From Chthonomonadales bacterium (GTDB taxonomy: Bacteria; Armatimonadota; Chthonomonadetes; Chthonomonadales; Chthonomonadaceae): a stretch of DNA of 23,421 nt. The translations under genes and the position numbers were made by a program. This document shows, in pieces, positions 1 through 10,139 of this stretch. The stretch is from assembly GCA_038217285.1 (NCBI GenBank), contig JBBQPO010000064.1, positions 1 through 23,421 of the forward strand, written 5' to 3'. The notes under the pieces were generated by a model. The model ran no database searches, was not told the DNA's origin, and was given only the letters and a program-made list of their open reading frames with translations. How positions within the stretch are numbered: position 1 is the stretch's first letter; each line of letters starts with the position of its first letter.

Positions 1-999
1 GGCTTCGGCATGGCCCATCCGCACTGGGAGGGTTTCCGCAACACGGGACGCGTCGATCCGGTCGGCGTCGCGGATATCCGGGAGGAGGCCGCTCGTCAGT
101 TTCTTATCGATGCGCATATCGACACCGCCGTCTATACCGACTTCCGCACGATGCTCGCCGAGCAGAGGCCCGAGGTCGTCAGCATCTGCACCTGGCCCCA
201 TCTGCACGCCGAGCTGACCGTCGCCACCGCCGAAGCGGGCGTCAAGGCCATCCACTGCGAGAAACCCATGGCGACCACCTGGGGCGATGCGAAACGGATG
301 AAAGCCGCTGCAGACGCCAACGGTACGATCCTGACCTTCAACCACCAACGCCGTTTCCTCGGCCCTTTCCAGCGCGCAAAACAGGAGATCGATGCCGGGG
401 CTATCGGCGCGCTCAAACGGATGGAGGCGCAGTGCGGCGATATGTTCGACTGGGGCACCCACTGGCTCGATATGCTCTTCTTCTTCAACAACGAGACGCC
501 GGCGGAATGGGTGATCGGGCAGATCGACAGCCGTACCGAGAACCGCGTCTTCGGCGCGGCCCAGGAGAATCAGGCCGTCTGCCACTTCAAATGCACGAAC
601 GGGGTGCGCGGCCTCCTGATCACCGGCTACGAGGCCGACCTCGGCACCGCGATCCGCCTCATCGGCGCCGAGGGAACCCTGGAGATCGGCTGGGACGACC
701 CCTGCCTCCGCGTGCGCGGCAAAGGCGACGGCGACTGGCGCACGATCTATACGGAGGAAGGCATCCACGGCAATGTCGCCATCAACCGCGCCTGCGCCGA
801 TCTAATCCACGCGCTCGACCATCCCGGCTACAAGCCGCTGCTCTCCGTGGACAACGCCATCCACCACACGGAAGTCATCTATGCGACCTACGAGTCGAGC
901 CGACGGCGCGGGCGTATCGACCTGCCGCTCCAGGCCGAGGACTCCGCTCTGATCGCCATGCTGGAAGCCGGCGAGATCGGCCCCAACAGAGGAGAATGA
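1..999 (+). CDS. Gfo/Idh/MocA family oxidoreductase (5' end probably outside the window)
   Basis: Frame is open from base 1 (GFG-MAHPHW, tail of a Rossmann glycine loop). Contains SICTWPHLHAE and the CEKPMA motif; C-terminal part has MFDWGTHWLD. Confidence 0.9.
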   Translation, partial: GFGMAHPHWEGFRNTGRVDPVGVADIREEAARQFLIDAHIDTAVYTDFRTMLAEQRPEVVSICTWPHLHAELTVATAEAGVKAIHCEKPMATTWGDAKRMKAAADANGTILTFNHQRRFLGPFQRAKQEIDAGAIGALKRMEAQCGDMFDWGTHWLDMLFFFNNETPAEWVIGQIDSRTENRVFGAAQENQAVCHFKCTNGVRGLLITGYEADLGTAIRLIGAEGTLEIGWDDPCLRVRGKGDGDWRTIYTEEGIHGNVAINRACADLIHALDHPGYKPLLSVDNAIHHTEVIYATYESSRRRGRIDLPLQAEDSALIAMLEAGEIGPNRGE

Positions 1000-1871
1000 A
1001 TTTGCGAGTACTGATTACGGGCAGCGTCGGAAATATTGGGCAGAAACAGGTGAGCGTGGTGCGGGCGGCAGGGCATACGGTCCGGACCTTCGACCGCTTC
1101 CCGCAAAAGGGTCCGGACACCGGCGAACATCATATCGGGGATCTGCGCGATATCTTGACCGTGCGGCGGCTCGTTCAGGGCATGGACGCTGTGATCCATC
1201 TCGGCGCGCTTCCGAACGATCAGCACGGACGCGGCGACGAGGTGTTGAGCATCAATGTGCAGGGCACGTGGAATGTGCTGCTCGCCTGTGTCGAGGCGGG
1301 CGTGCCTCGCGTCGTGTTCTACTCCAGTATCAACTCTCTGGGAGCGGTGGGCGGGCATCGGGATGCAGAGTATCTGCCTCTGGACGACGCCTATCCCCGA
1401 CATCCGATGTCGCCCTATCAGTTGTCGAAGCATCTCGGGGAAGAGGCGTGTCTCTCCTTCACGCGCAAGCATGGACTGGTCACCCTGGCGCTGCGCCCGA
1501 CCTTCGTGAGCGCTCCGCATCACTACGCGGCCTGGCATACGCCGCAGAGCGCGCCCTCGGACACGGGCGGTCGCAACGAACTCTGGGCCTATGTGGATGT
1601 GCGCGACGTGGTCGATGCGGGCCTGCGCTGCCTCACCGTGGAGAATGTCACGCACGACGCCTTCCTCCTCAGCGCCGACGATACCACGTCTCTGACGCCA
1701 GGCCGGGAGCTGAAGCAGACCTACTACCCGGACCTGCGGTGGCAGCAAGATCCGGACGCCTACTTCGCCGACGCCCCGTATCGCGCGCTGATCGACTGCT
1801 CCGCAGCCAAACGCGTACTGGGCTGGCAGCCGCAGCACTCCTGGCGCACAAACGTTCCGGAAACAAGCTGA
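996..1871 (+). CDS. NAD-dependent epimerase/dehydratase (extended SDR)
   Basis: Real start is ATG 996, overlapping the upstream stop (ATGA) with GAGGAG just upstream. Motifs VLITGSVGNIG, DAVIHLGA, YSS and the catalytic YQLSK (YxxxK). Confidence 0.9.
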   Translation: MNLRVLITGSVGNIGQKQVSVVRAAGHTVRTFDRFPQKGPDTGEHHIGDLRDILTVRRLVQGMDAVIHLGALPNDQHGRGDEVLSINVQGTWNVLLACVEAGVPRVVFYSSINSLGAVGGHRDAEYLPLDDAYPRHPMSPYQLSKHLGEEACLSFTRKHGLVTLALRPTFVSAPHHYAAWHTPQSAPSDTGGRNELWAYVDVRDVVDAGLRCLTVENVTHDAFLLSADDTTSLTPGRELKQTYYPDLRWQQDPDAYFADAPYRALIDCSAAKRVLGWQPQHSWRTNVPETS

Positions 1872-1895
1872 ATTCAGGAAGAGAACGAACCGCCT

Positions 1896-2750
1896 ATGCA
1901 TCCCTCAAAGACCCCTGCCATTTTTTCGCCTTCGTTCTGGACACGCGAATGGGACAAACTGGCGGACAATGTGCTGAGTTCGGCGCTGCAGATCCTGGCG
2001 ATCATCGTCGCCTATCTGCTGCTGCGCGCGGTGTTGTATCGCCTCTCTGACGGCATTCTGGGCGGTATCCTGGCCCGGGAAAATAGGATGGGTATTACGG
2101 ATGAACGCGTAGGACGTTTGCAGACTCTGCGGGGTCTCTCGAAGAGCCTGATCGGCTACGTCTTGTTCTTCGTGTTTGGCATTCTGCTCTTCAAGGCCGT
2201 GGGCTTCGATATCATGCCCTTCATCACGACGGCGGGTGTGATCGGGCTGGCGATCGGCTTCGGCGCGCAGAAGCTGGTCAAAGACGTGATCTCCGGATTT
2301 TTTATCATCATCGACAATGTGTTCGTCGTCGGAGACACAGTGGCGATCGGAGTGGTGACGGGGCAGGTGATCGAGATGGGGATGCGGGTCACGAAGATTC
2401 AAGATGCGACCGGAAAGCTTTACATTGTATCCAATGGCGACATCGGCACGGTCACCAATCTCTCTCGCAATCCGGTCGAGGATTTCATCGAAGTGACCAT
2501 CGCTCCGGCCGCCGATCTGGGCAAAGTCTACGAGATCATCAACGGCGCAGGGACCTCCCTCTTTGCGCAGGTCGATACGCACCATCTGAAAGCGCCGCCG
2601 CATATTCTGGGCATCTCCGCCTTCAATGCGACGGTCGTGACGCTGCGTGTCGGCGTTACGTCCGATCCTCGCGATCTTCCGACAGAGCAGATGCGGGTCC
2701 GCGCCACGGTTCGGGACGCCCTGCTCGCCGCACAGATCCCTCTGGCGTAA
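1896..2750 (+). CDS. Small-conductance mechanosensitive channel (MscS family)
   Basis: Hydrophobic N-terminal helices, TM3 signature AGVIGLAIGFGAQKLVKDVISGFFII, followed by VGDTVAIG...GQVIEMGMRVTKI. Confidence 0.92.
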   Translation: MHPSKTPAIFSPSFWTREWDKLADNVLSSALQILAIIVAYLLLRAVLYRLSDGILGGILARENRMGITDERVGRLQTLRGLSKSLIGYVLFFVFGILLFKAVGFDIMPFITTAGVIGLAIGFGAQKLVKDVISGFFIIIDNVFVVGDTVAIGVVTGQVIEMGMRVTKIQDATGKLYIVSNGDIGTVTNLSRNPVEDFIEVTIAPAADLGKVYEIINGAGTSLFAQVDTHHLKAPPHILGISAFNATVVTLRVGVTSDPRDLPTEQMRVRATVRDALLAAQIPLA

Positions 2751-2831
2751 TCGCTCGTGACGGTGCTGGTTCCGGAAAGAAGTAGACGAGGCAACAGCGT
2801 TGAGGACGGCTACGATGGGGGTGATTTCGCG

Positions 2832-4349
2832 ATGAAGCGTTTTATGCTGGCCCTGGACCAGGGGACGACAAGCTCACGGGCGATTCTGTTCGACGCGGCC
2901 GGAAAGGTCTTTGGGGTGGAGCAGCAGGAGGTCCCGCAGCACTATCCCCAACCGACCTGGGTGGAGCATGCCCCGGAAGACATCTGGACGAGTCAGGCGG
3001 GTGTGGTCGAAAAGCTGCTGCGTACACGGAACATCGACGCCACCGAAATCGCCGCCATCGGCATCGCCAATCAGCGTGAGACGACCGTGCTCTGGGAGCG
3101 GGAGACGGGGCGGCCTGTCGCCAACGCCATCGTCTGGCAGGATCGGCGCACCGCACCTCTCTGCGAGCAGTTACGCGGGGAGGGCTATGAGCCCCTGTTC
3201 CGGGAGAAGACCGGCCTGCCCCTCGATCCCTACTTCTCCGGCACGAAGATCCACTGGCTGCTCGATAACGTTCCCCATCTGCGCACGCGGGCGGAACGAG
3301 GCGAAATCGCCTTTGGAACCGTCGATTCGTTTCTGCTGTGGCGATTGACCGGGGGGAGAGTGCATGCCACGGATGTCTCCAACGCGTCGCGCACCCTGCT
3401 GTTCAATATCCATACCCGACAGTGGGACGACACTCTCCTGGAGTTGCTGAACGTTCCGCGCGCCCTCTTGCCGGAGGTGCGCCCGAGCAGCCATCTCTAC
3501 GGCGAGACAGAGGCGTCACTGTTCGGAGCTTCCATCCCGATTGCGGGCATCGCGGGAGATCAACAGGCGGCGACCTTTGGGCAGGCCTGTCACGCGCCCG
3601 GCATGGCGAAAAACACCTATGGCACCGGCTGCTTTCTGCTGATGAACACCGGACCGAACCCGCAGACCTCCCGGCACGGCCTTTTGACGACCGTCGGTTG
3701 GGAGTTGGACAAGGATGGAGAGACGCCGCATCCGCCCCTGACCTACGCGCTGGAGGGCAGCGTCTTCGTAGCGGGCGCGGCGGTGCAGTGGCTGCGGGAC
3801 GAGTTGCAGATCATCCGGCACGCCTCGGAGATCGAGGCGCTGGCAGCCTCGGTGCCGGACAGCGGCGGCGTGGTGTTCGTCCCGGCCTTCGTGGGGCTGG
3901 GAGCGCCCTACTGGGACGCTGGCGCGAGGGGCGCGCTCTTCGGGCTGACACGCGGTACCGGGCGGGCGCATATCGCCCGCGCGACACTGGAAGCCGTCTG
4001 CCACCAGACCCGCGACGTCCTGGACGCCATGCGCGCCGATAGCGGGCTCGCTATTCAAGAACTGCGCGTCGATGGCGGCATGACGACCAACGACGCCCTG
4101 CTTCAGATGCAGGCAGACCTGCTCGGCGCGACCGTCATCCGCCCATCTGTCACCGAAACCACCGCCCTCGGCGCGGCCTATCTCGCTGGCCTGGCTGCCG
4201 GCTTCTGGCACGATACCGCCCAGATCGCCGCCCAGTGGACCGCCGACGCCGCCTTTACGCCTCGCCTCAGCGCCGACCAGCGCGAATCGCTCCGCGCCGA
4301 CTGGCATCACGCCGTCGCCCGAGTCCGTTCAGACAACCAGGCGGGGTAG
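2832..4349 (+). CDS. glpK: Glycerol kinase
   Basis: [101 protein letters not shown] 2832 fits the family better than GTG 2757. Confidence 0.97.
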   Translation: MKRFMLALDQGTTSSRAILFDAAGKVFGVEQQEVPQHYPQPTWVEHAPEDIWTSQAGVVEKLLRTRNIDATEIAAIGIANQRETTVLWERETGRPVANAIVWQDRRTAPLCEQLRGEGYEPLFREKTGLPLDPYFSGTKIHWLLDNVPHLRTRAERGEIAFGTVDSFLLWRLTGGRVHATDVSNASRTLLFNIHTRQWDDTLLELLNVPRALLPEVRPSSHLYGETEASLFGASIPIAGIAGDQQAATFGQACHAPGMAKNTYGTGCFLLMNTGPNPQTSRHGLLTTVGWELDKDGETPHPPLTYALEGSVFVAGAAVQWLRDELQIIRHASEIEALAASVPDSGGVVFVPAFVGLGAPYWDAGARGALFGLTRGTGRAHIARATLEAVCHQTRDVLDAMRADSGLAIQELRVDGGMTTNDALLQMQADLLGATVIRPSVTETTALGAAYLAGLAAGFWHDTAQIAAQWTADAAFTPRLSADQRESLRADWHHAVARVRSDNQAG

Positions 4350-4997
4350 GAGCCAGGCTTCGAAGTCGGGGAGGGTGAGGAAGAGGGCGTCGGGGTTTTC
4401 GGCGCGGAGAAGGTCGGGTTCGGCGGTTGCGGCCCAGGCGGCGGCGACGGCGTAGGTTCCGGCCTTGCGGGCGGAAGGAATGTCACTCGGCGCGTCGCCC
4501 ACATAGATGGCGGAAGAGGGTTCCATATTCCAGCGGCGCAGGATGTCGGTGATCGCTTCAGGCTTACGTGGACCGAGCGCGTGGCCTACCTCGATATACT
4601 CGAAGAACGGCGCGAGGCCCAAACGCGCCAGCGTGATGTCCGCGCTCCCCTGCCCTTTTCCGGTCACCAGGGCCAGCTTCACGCCGCGGGCTTTCAGGTT
4701 GGTCAGCATCTCCACGACGCCTGCGAACGGTTCGGGGCAGGAGTGGTGCAGGAGGGCATAGTGGTACAGATAGCTCGCCAGCGCCTCTTCGGCATGACCG
4801 GGCGCGAGGACGTGAACGGTGCCTTCCTCCGACGGCCCGAACGTGGCGACGATCTCGGCGTCGCTCAGTTCCCGGCCCGCGAACGGTTGGATCGCCCTGC
4901 GAAAGGCGCCGATACAGACGGGCAGCGTATTGCCCAGGGTTCCATCCAGATCGAATAAGACGCCCCGGATCGTCGGGGTCGCTGTCTCCAAGGTCAC
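4329..4997 (-). CDS. HAD family hydrolase (phosphoglycolate phosphatase-like)
   Basis: Motif I LFDLDGTL, motif II VTGK, motif III KP, motif [13 protein letters not shown] start overlaps the GNAT stop (GTGA). Confidence 0.92.
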   Translation of the reverse strand: MTLETATPTIRGVLFDLDGTLGNTLPVCIGAFRRAIQPFAGRELSDAEIVATFGPSEEGTVHVLAPGHAEEALASYLYHYALLHHSCPEPFAGVVEMLTNLKARGVKLALVTGKGQGSADITLARLGLAPFFEYIEVGHALGPRKPEAITDILRRWNMEPSSAIYVGDAPSDIPSARKAGTYAVAAAWAATAEPDLLRAENPDALFLTLPDFEAWLLPRLVV

Positions 4998-5569
4998 GTT
5001 TGTTTGTCCTTTGCTGGGCTCGGAGGCTCCGGCAGATAGTCCTCCCGCCGCAGGGCATATTTCACGGCCGACTTGTCTTCGCCGGGGAAGCGCTCTTCGC
5101 GATAGTAGTGCGTGACTTTCATGCCGACCTTCTCCATGACACGGGTCGAGGCCCGATTCGCCAGAAGGGCGCTCGCCGTGACACGCCGGATGCCGAGATT
5201 CGCAAACCCCTGCTGTATCAGTGCGCCGGAGAGTTCCGTCGCATAGCCCTTCCCCCAGGCCGATCGCTTGAGTCGATAGCCGAGTTCGATGTCGCTGGCA
5301 TTGTCGTAGGCAGGGCGGAAGTGGAACCAGCCCAGGAAAACGCCGCTCTTCTTCTCTATCGCTGCCCAGTAGCCATACGCCGCGTATTTTTGATAGTAGG
5401 CCAGGAAGAGGGGAACGATACGCGTCCGAATATCCTCTCGGTCGGGGGGGAGGCCGCCGTCGATAAAGCGTGTCACTTCCGGATCGCTGTCGAGGTCGTA
5501 GAGATTGTCGACATCTTCGGTCGTAAACTCCCGTAAGATGAGCCGCTTGGTTTCCAAATAGATCTTCAT
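4994..5569 (-). CDS. GNAT N-acetyltransferase, RimJ/RimL type
   Basis: LETKRLILREF, ELGYRLKRSAWGKGYATE, NRASTRVMEKVGM; CAGGAG ribosome-binding site upstream. Confidence 0.93.
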   Translation of the reverse strand: MKIYLETKRLILREFTTEDVDNLYDLDSDPEVTRFIDGGLPPDREDIRTRIVPLFLAYYQKYAAYGYWAAIEKKSGVFLGWFHFRPAYDNASDIELGYRLKRSAWGKGYATELSGALIQQGFANLGIRRVTASALLANRASTRVMEKVGMKVTHYYREERFPGEDKSAVKYALRREDYLPEPPSPAKDKQT

Positions 5570-5585
5570 CTCCTGCTCTAAACTG

Positions 5586-6380
5586 CTATTTCTTGAGGAC
5601 GGTCAGGCGATAGTTGTAGCCTGCGCCGCCCTTCGATTCGCCTTCGGTCAGTTCGATGTAGTAGGCACCATCGGTGGGGACATGAAATACAAGATGGCGA
5701 TCCTTCTTTTTGTCGCCGGCCGAAAGGGCCAGCGGAATGTGCCGACTATCGCGCAGACGCAATACCGGGTCCATCAGGGAGCCGATACGTCCGCACGCCA
5801 GAAAGAGGCGGTAGGTTTCGCCTGCTTTCGCGTCCAGGCGGAACAGATCCGGCGTATTGCCGTCCAGTTGCCCGGTGATCGCTACCGACGGCCCCGCTAG
5901 CGCCATCGCCTGCTTGAACGTGCCAGCCGGTTTCTTGACCGTCATCTCCTGCGCGACACTCTCTACGATGGCGATCTGCGTCGTGACCTTCGCGCCGTCG
6001 GCCTGTATCAGGGTGAGATCGGCGCTCTCCGAGGGGCAGTCGGCCCCCGCCGTCAATTCGAGCGAAACCACTTTGCTTCCCGGCAGCTTCAGCTTTGGAT
6101 CGGTCGCTTTCACCTCAAGCAGCTTTACCTTGAGCGGTAACTTCGCGACGGTGATCTCTTTTGCGGTCAGATTCTCACCGTAGATCAGCACGGTCGTCGT
6201 TCGTCCAGCCTGAATCGCTTTCGGCTCGACCGCCTTGATCTCGGGCTTGCTCTCCGGTTTCGCCGGTTTCGGTGGATCCGCCTCTATTCTGCCCGCAGCT
6301 GCACTCAACAGACAGAGGAGCAAGGGGAAGAGAATGCGAGACGTCTTTTCGTGAGGTAATGCCATGGCCCGCGCGCTCAT
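5586..6380 (-). CDS. Exported protein with pre-peptidase C-terminal (PPC)-like beta-sandwich domain
   Basis: Signal-like LFPLLLCLLSAAAG; Ig-like VEPKAIQAGRTTTVLIYGENL; PPC-like DLFRLDAKAGETY...GSLMDPVLRLRD...DGAYYIEL...YRLTV. Start may be 6365. Confidence 0.7.
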   Translation of the reverse strand: MSARAMALPHEKTSRILFPLLLCLLSAAAGRIEADPPKPAKPESKPEIKAVEPKAIQAGRTTTVLIYGENLTAKEITVAKLPLKVKLLEVKATDPKLKLPGSKVVSLELTAGADCPSESADLTLIQADGAKVTTQIAIVESVAQEMTVKKPAGTFKQAMALAGPSVAITGQLDGNTPDLFRLDAKAGETYRLFLACGRIGSLMDPVLRLRDSRHIPLALSAGDKKKDRHLVFHVPTDGAYYIELTEGESKGGAGYNYRLTVLKK

Positions 6381-6382
6381 TT

Positions 6383-7723
6383 CTATAGGGTCGTGGTATG
6401 GAGGAGCTTGCCCTGTTTGGCGTCCCAGAGCAGGACTTTGCCGTCCTGCGTCCCGGCAGCGATGGTCTGATTGTCCGCACCGACCGCGACCGCGTAGACC
6501 CAGTCTTCGGGGCCTTTTAGGTCCTGTTTCTGATTCGAGCCGTCTCCATTGAAGATCCGGACCCGACTGTTGGAGGAGCCGAAGACCAGCAGGCTGCCGT
6601 CGGGGCTGAAAACGCAGGCGTTGATGACATCGTTTTCGCCCTGTTGCCGCAGCGGATTCTCCATCTTACCGACTTCCACTTTCCAGATACGAATCTGTCG
6701 ATCCGCGCTCGTGGTCGCCAACAGGGTTCCGTTCTGATTGAAGGCGACGTGCGTCACGCCGTCCTGATGCGCCGTGAGAGAGGCGACCCTCTTGTAATCG
6801 GTCGTCTGAAACAGTTTAGCGCTGCGATCTCCGCTTGCCGTGGCGAGCAGTTTGCCGTCGGGCGAGTAAGCGACTCCGAAGACCGCCTCGGCGTGGTCTT
6901 TGATGAGGTGCATCGCCTGCCCGGTATCGGCGTTCCAGATACGGGCGGTCTTATCGAGGGAGCCGGTCGCAAGTTCGTGGGTATTGGGCCGAAACGCGAC
7001 GGCATAGACGACTTCGGTATGTTCCGTCAGCGTGCGAATCGGTTTCCAGGTCGTCGTCTCGAACAGGACGACCTCCCCTGCTCTGCCGGGCACACCGCCG
7101 CCCGCCGCCAGGATTTTGCCGTCGCTGCTCCATGCCAGCGCCTGCACCTGATCGGCCGGGCCCTGGATCGTCTTCGTCACCTCTCCCGTCATCGGGTCGA
7201 GCAGCCGTACGCAACGGTAGCCGCCGGCGGCCAGGCGCTTCCCATCCGGCGCATACGCCAGTGCGGTGACCGGGGCAGGCAGATTCTGCGCGGTCGCCTT
7301 TACTTTCAGCAGCGGAGCTGGCACCTTGCCCCCTGTTGTCGGCGCGATCAGGATCATGGTATCCACTTTCGCGCCTTCGTCGATCCAGCGTCGAATGACT
7401 GCGATCTTCTCCAGATCGATCGCGCCGTTCGGCGGCATCTTCGGCTTGAGCTCGCCTGTCATATAGAGGACAAGACTGCTCTGCGCGCCCTTGCCGACCT
7501 GAATAGCCGCGCCATGCCGTCCGCCTGCCAGCATCCGATCCCGGGTTTCGAGAGAGTATCCGCTGGCCGGGTTCGCCCCACCGTGACAACTGAAACACTG
7601 GGATCGTAACACCGGCAGCACCTGTTTGCTGAACATAACGGGAGGAGCGGCGGCCTGCGCGGAGCGTGCACCGCACGCAAGCATACCGAGGAGCAGCGCG
7701 AGAGAGAGCCTTTTCGAGTGCAT
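6383..7723 (-). CDS. Exported planctomycete-type cytochrome c domain fused to WD40 beta-propeller
   Basis: Signal peptide (AQA), FSKQVLPVLRSQCFSCHG heme motif, KMPP and IRRWIDEGA. Then about 7 WD40 repeats (e.g. LATGSLDKTARIWN, TTSADRQIRIWK, GTQDGKVLLWD). Confidence 0.9.
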   Translation of the reverse strand: MHSKRLSLALLLGMLACGARSAQAAAPPVMFSKQVLPVLRSQCFSCHGGANPASGYSLETRDRMLAGGRHGAAIQVGKGAQSSLVLYMTGELKPKMPPNGAIDLEKIAVIRRWIDEGAKVDTMILIAPTTGGKVPAPLLKVKATAQNLPAPVTALAYAPDGKRLAAGGYRCVRLLDPMTGEVTKTIQGPADQVQALAWSSDGKILAAGGGVPGRAGEVVLFETTTWKPIRTLTEHTEVVYAVAFRPNTHELATGSLDKTARIWNADTGQAMHLIKDHAEAVFGVAYSPDGKLLATASGDRSAKLFQTTDYKRVASLTAHQDGVTHVAFNQNGTLLATTSADRQIRIWKVEVGKMENPLRQQGENDVINACVFSPDGSLLVFGSSNSRVRIFNGDGSNQKQDLKGPEDWVYAVAVGADNQTIAAGTQDGKVLLWDAKQGKLLHTTTL

Positions 7724-7818
7724 ACCTACCTCACCAGATCTCCAGAAACTGTCCCGTTAGTCGCTCTTTGCTGAGGATAGTTACGCCACGCCTTCCCTCC
7801 CGGGGCAAGAGGAGACGT

Positions 7819-8568
7819 CTATTTCAGGGTACGGACGATGAAATCGACGGTCTGCTGCGTCGTCTCGGCATTGAGCAGCGCCGCGCCGTGCCCCGTGCCT
7901 TCGTTGAGCTGCAGCGTATGATCTTTCGAGCCGGAGGCCCTGTCCAGGTCTATGGGACCATCCCCGGCGATCTTGTCGCCCTTCTGGTGGAAAATCAGCA
8001 GGGGGCCGGTGTATTTTTTCACAGCCTTTAATGTCTTCAGACCGTGGTAGTCGGCAGAAGGAGAAAACAGCACGAGGGAACGAACCATCTCCGGGTGCGC
8101 GGCGGCATAGAGGAGGGCATTGTTCGCGCCATAGGAGGCCCCGATAAGCATGACAGGCCCTTTGTCTTTCACAGCGTAGACACCAATTTCGATGTCCGGA
8201 ACCGTATTCCAGGGCGCGTATTCACCGGACTGTCCCGGCCCTTGCGCGGATCGGCCTGTTCCACGCTGATCGATCGCGAAGGCCGTATAGCCTGCCAGCT
8301 TGATTGCCAGAGAAAGGGCATGCCAGTCCTCTGCGGATCCTCCCCGCTGATGCAGCAGCAGCACGACGCCTTTTGTCTTTGTCGGCGGCTCGTACAGATC
8401 TCCCATGATCGTCCAGCCGTCCCGCGTGACATATGTCGCAAGCCTTGTCTCCCCGGTCGCCTGATCCGAAGAGACGACGGTTCCTGTCTCTTTCTCCCCG
8501 CAACCCGTTATGGCCGCAATCAAGAGGACGCTCATTGCCATCCATAAGCCGTATTTTCGCCTTCTCAT
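7819..8568 (-). CDS. Alpha/beta hydrolase, probable lipoprotein
   Basis: Lipobox-like ITGC after a hydrophobic stretch; VLLLHQ, AIDQRGTGRS, nucleophile elbow GASYG, Asp in GDKIA, His in GHG; GAAGGGAG ribosome-binding site. Confidence 0.88.
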   Translation of the reverse strand: MRRRKYGLWMAMSVLLIAAITGCGEKETGTVVSSDQATGETRLATYVTRDGWTIMGDLYEPPTKTKGVVLLLHQRGGSAEDWHALSLAIKLAGYTAFAIDQRGTGRSAQGPGQSGEYAPWNTVPDIEIGVYAVKDKGPVMLIGASYGANNALLYAAAHPEMVRSLVLFSPSADYHGLKTLKAVKKYTGPLLIFHQKGDKIAGDGPIDLDRASGSKDHTLQLNEGTGHGAALLNAETTQQTVDFIVRTLK

Positions 8569-8803
8569 GCCGCTCCCTTCATAAGCGCTACCGCCGTCCT
8601 TTTCGTCCTGTGAGGAAGGAAATCCGTTCTCATTTTGCTCGTCCGTTGCGGCCAGTGGTCGTTCGGCCCTGTCAGAGCCACGGTGTACGGATAGTATAGG
8701 ATACCTTCACCTCGGCTCCTACCGCAACCTGGATCGGAAACTCAGACAGTCAACGCCAACCTTTTTGCCATCGTTATGGCACTTATACACCTGACTAAGT
8801 ACA

Positions 8804-8834
8804 ACGAGCGAGCGTATAATTAACGCTCGCTCGT
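8804..8834. repeat. Perfect 12-bp inverted repeat with 7-nt spacer
   Basis: ACGAGCGAGCGT-ATAATTA-ACGCTCGCTCGT read directly; TATAAT lies at 8815-8820. Confidence 0.9.
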
Positions 8835-8984
8835 ATGCCATCTAGCATCGCGACTTCGTAGGTTTATGGGTGATAGTCGGGCTGAGAATAACCTTTCTCT
8901 ACAGTTGGGTCAGGTGGTCTATAGGTTATGCGGTAATAAATTATGCCAAGAATTGTCGTCGCACATAACACAATGGCCAGGAAT

Positions 8985-10070
8985 TTAGACAAACAGCGGA
9001 CAAGAGGGCCATGCAGTCCTCAATTTGATCGTGTCGGTAATTACTCTGGGTAATCCCCTGCCAATTTGAGGCAACTTTGAACCTAAGTTTTTCATCTCAG
9101 TGTAGCCCCGGTCGCCAGGAAAAAGCAATAAGTACTCAAAAATGCGAACCCCTTTTTCCATAAACACTCCGATGGGAGCCCCACTGGCAGGATAGTCTGG
9201 ATTACCAGGGGTTTCAAGTTCGATTTTGAGATTTTTGTTGTATTTGCTATAGACGCATGGACGCGCTTCTTGGTCGCCACGTGACCCATCATTACTTACG
9301 GATGTTAAGAAAACTCGCTGCATCTTCCGATCTGTAACGCGAAAGAATTGCGCAATCACATCGGCATTGAAATGCGCTTGTTTCCACCGACGTCCAGCCT
9401 TAGGAATATGAGCAACAAGCACACGCTGATTCTCAGGTGAAGGTTCCATGACTACGTCCTCAGAAACCGTCGAAGTTTCGGGAACGGCATCGGGCAAGAT
9501 ATCCCCCTTCCTATTGACCCATCGTTGAATGTTGAGTGCTGCCCGAGTCAATGCTTCATCATCAATCGGACGAATCGCTTCAGTATGACGGTCAAAAAAC
9601 GAATCGAGATCTGAAACATCGAGCAGTTCTCCGGGGTCACTCGACGTCACAGTGAATGCCTCAAAATTCCCAGTAAGTCCCCCTGGTGTCATATTCCCCG
9701 ACCCAACAATTAGCTTTTGGGAACCATCTGCATACGTAAAATGCGATAACTTTGGGTGGAATAGACTTTTGATTGGGGTCCAAAAGACCAACGGCGTAAA
9801 GGACGGATATTTTGTTTGACATTGGACCAGGCGCTCCAAGGCCACTCGATTTGTAATCGCATCGATGCCAACGACTATCGAAGCAGTGCCTCCTCGACCG
9901 AAAAACTCCTCCAATGCCTCGTCTGCAACAAGCTTGTCCACGCCGTTTAGCGACGCAAAGGCATACAACCCTCGCCACGTTATGGCATTCCGTGCTGCAT
10001 CGAGAATCGTTTCGTAGAGATAAGTAGTGGTTGGATTAGTAGGATCCTGAATGCAAAAAGATAAGTCCAT
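8985..10070 (-). CDS. Phospholipase D-superfamily nuclease, BfiI/NgoAVII-like restriction endonuclease candidate
   Basis: ATG 10070 follows GGGAG. Single HxK site (LFHPKL), IVGSGNMTPGGLTGNFEA, N-terminal AFASLNGV and SIVVGI, acidic linker, then a roughly 145-aa C-terminal domain; 361 aa in total. Confidence 0.8.
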   Translation of the reverse strand: MDLSFCIQDPTNPTTTYLYETILDAARNAITWRGLYAFASLNGVDKLVADEALEEFFGRGGTASIVVGIDAITNRVALERLVQCQTKYPSFTPLVFWTPIKSLFHPKLSHFTYADGSQKLIVGSGNMTPGGLTGNFEAFTVTSSDPGELLDVSDLDSFFDRHTEAIRPIDDEALTRAALNIQRWVNRKGDILPDAVPETSTVSEDVVMEPSPENQRVLVAHIPKAGRRWKQAHFNADVIAQFFRVTDRKMQRVFLTSVSNDGSRGDQEARPCVYSKYNKNLKIELETPGNPDYPASGAPIGVFMEKGVRIFEYLLLFPGDRGYTEMKNLGSKLPQIGRGLPRVITDTIKLRTAWPSCPLFV

Positions 10071-10139
10071 GTTTACTCCCACAGTAGGTTCAGACAGTGT
10101 TTGCGATGGCGTATCTATATTCGCTGTACACGATATTTG

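Noticed and set aside
432-995. N-terminal extension of the 479-aa ORF
   Set aside because: Overlaps the oxidoreductase in another frame; the SDR motif and ribosome-binding site place the start at 996.
8804-8834. Rho-independent terminator
   Set aside because: No poly-U tract on either strand; kept as a palindrome of unknown role.
8745-8915. Integron attC site
   Set aside because: GTTGGGT fits GTTRRRY, but there is no matching RYYYAAC with proper inner boxes and no integron integrase.
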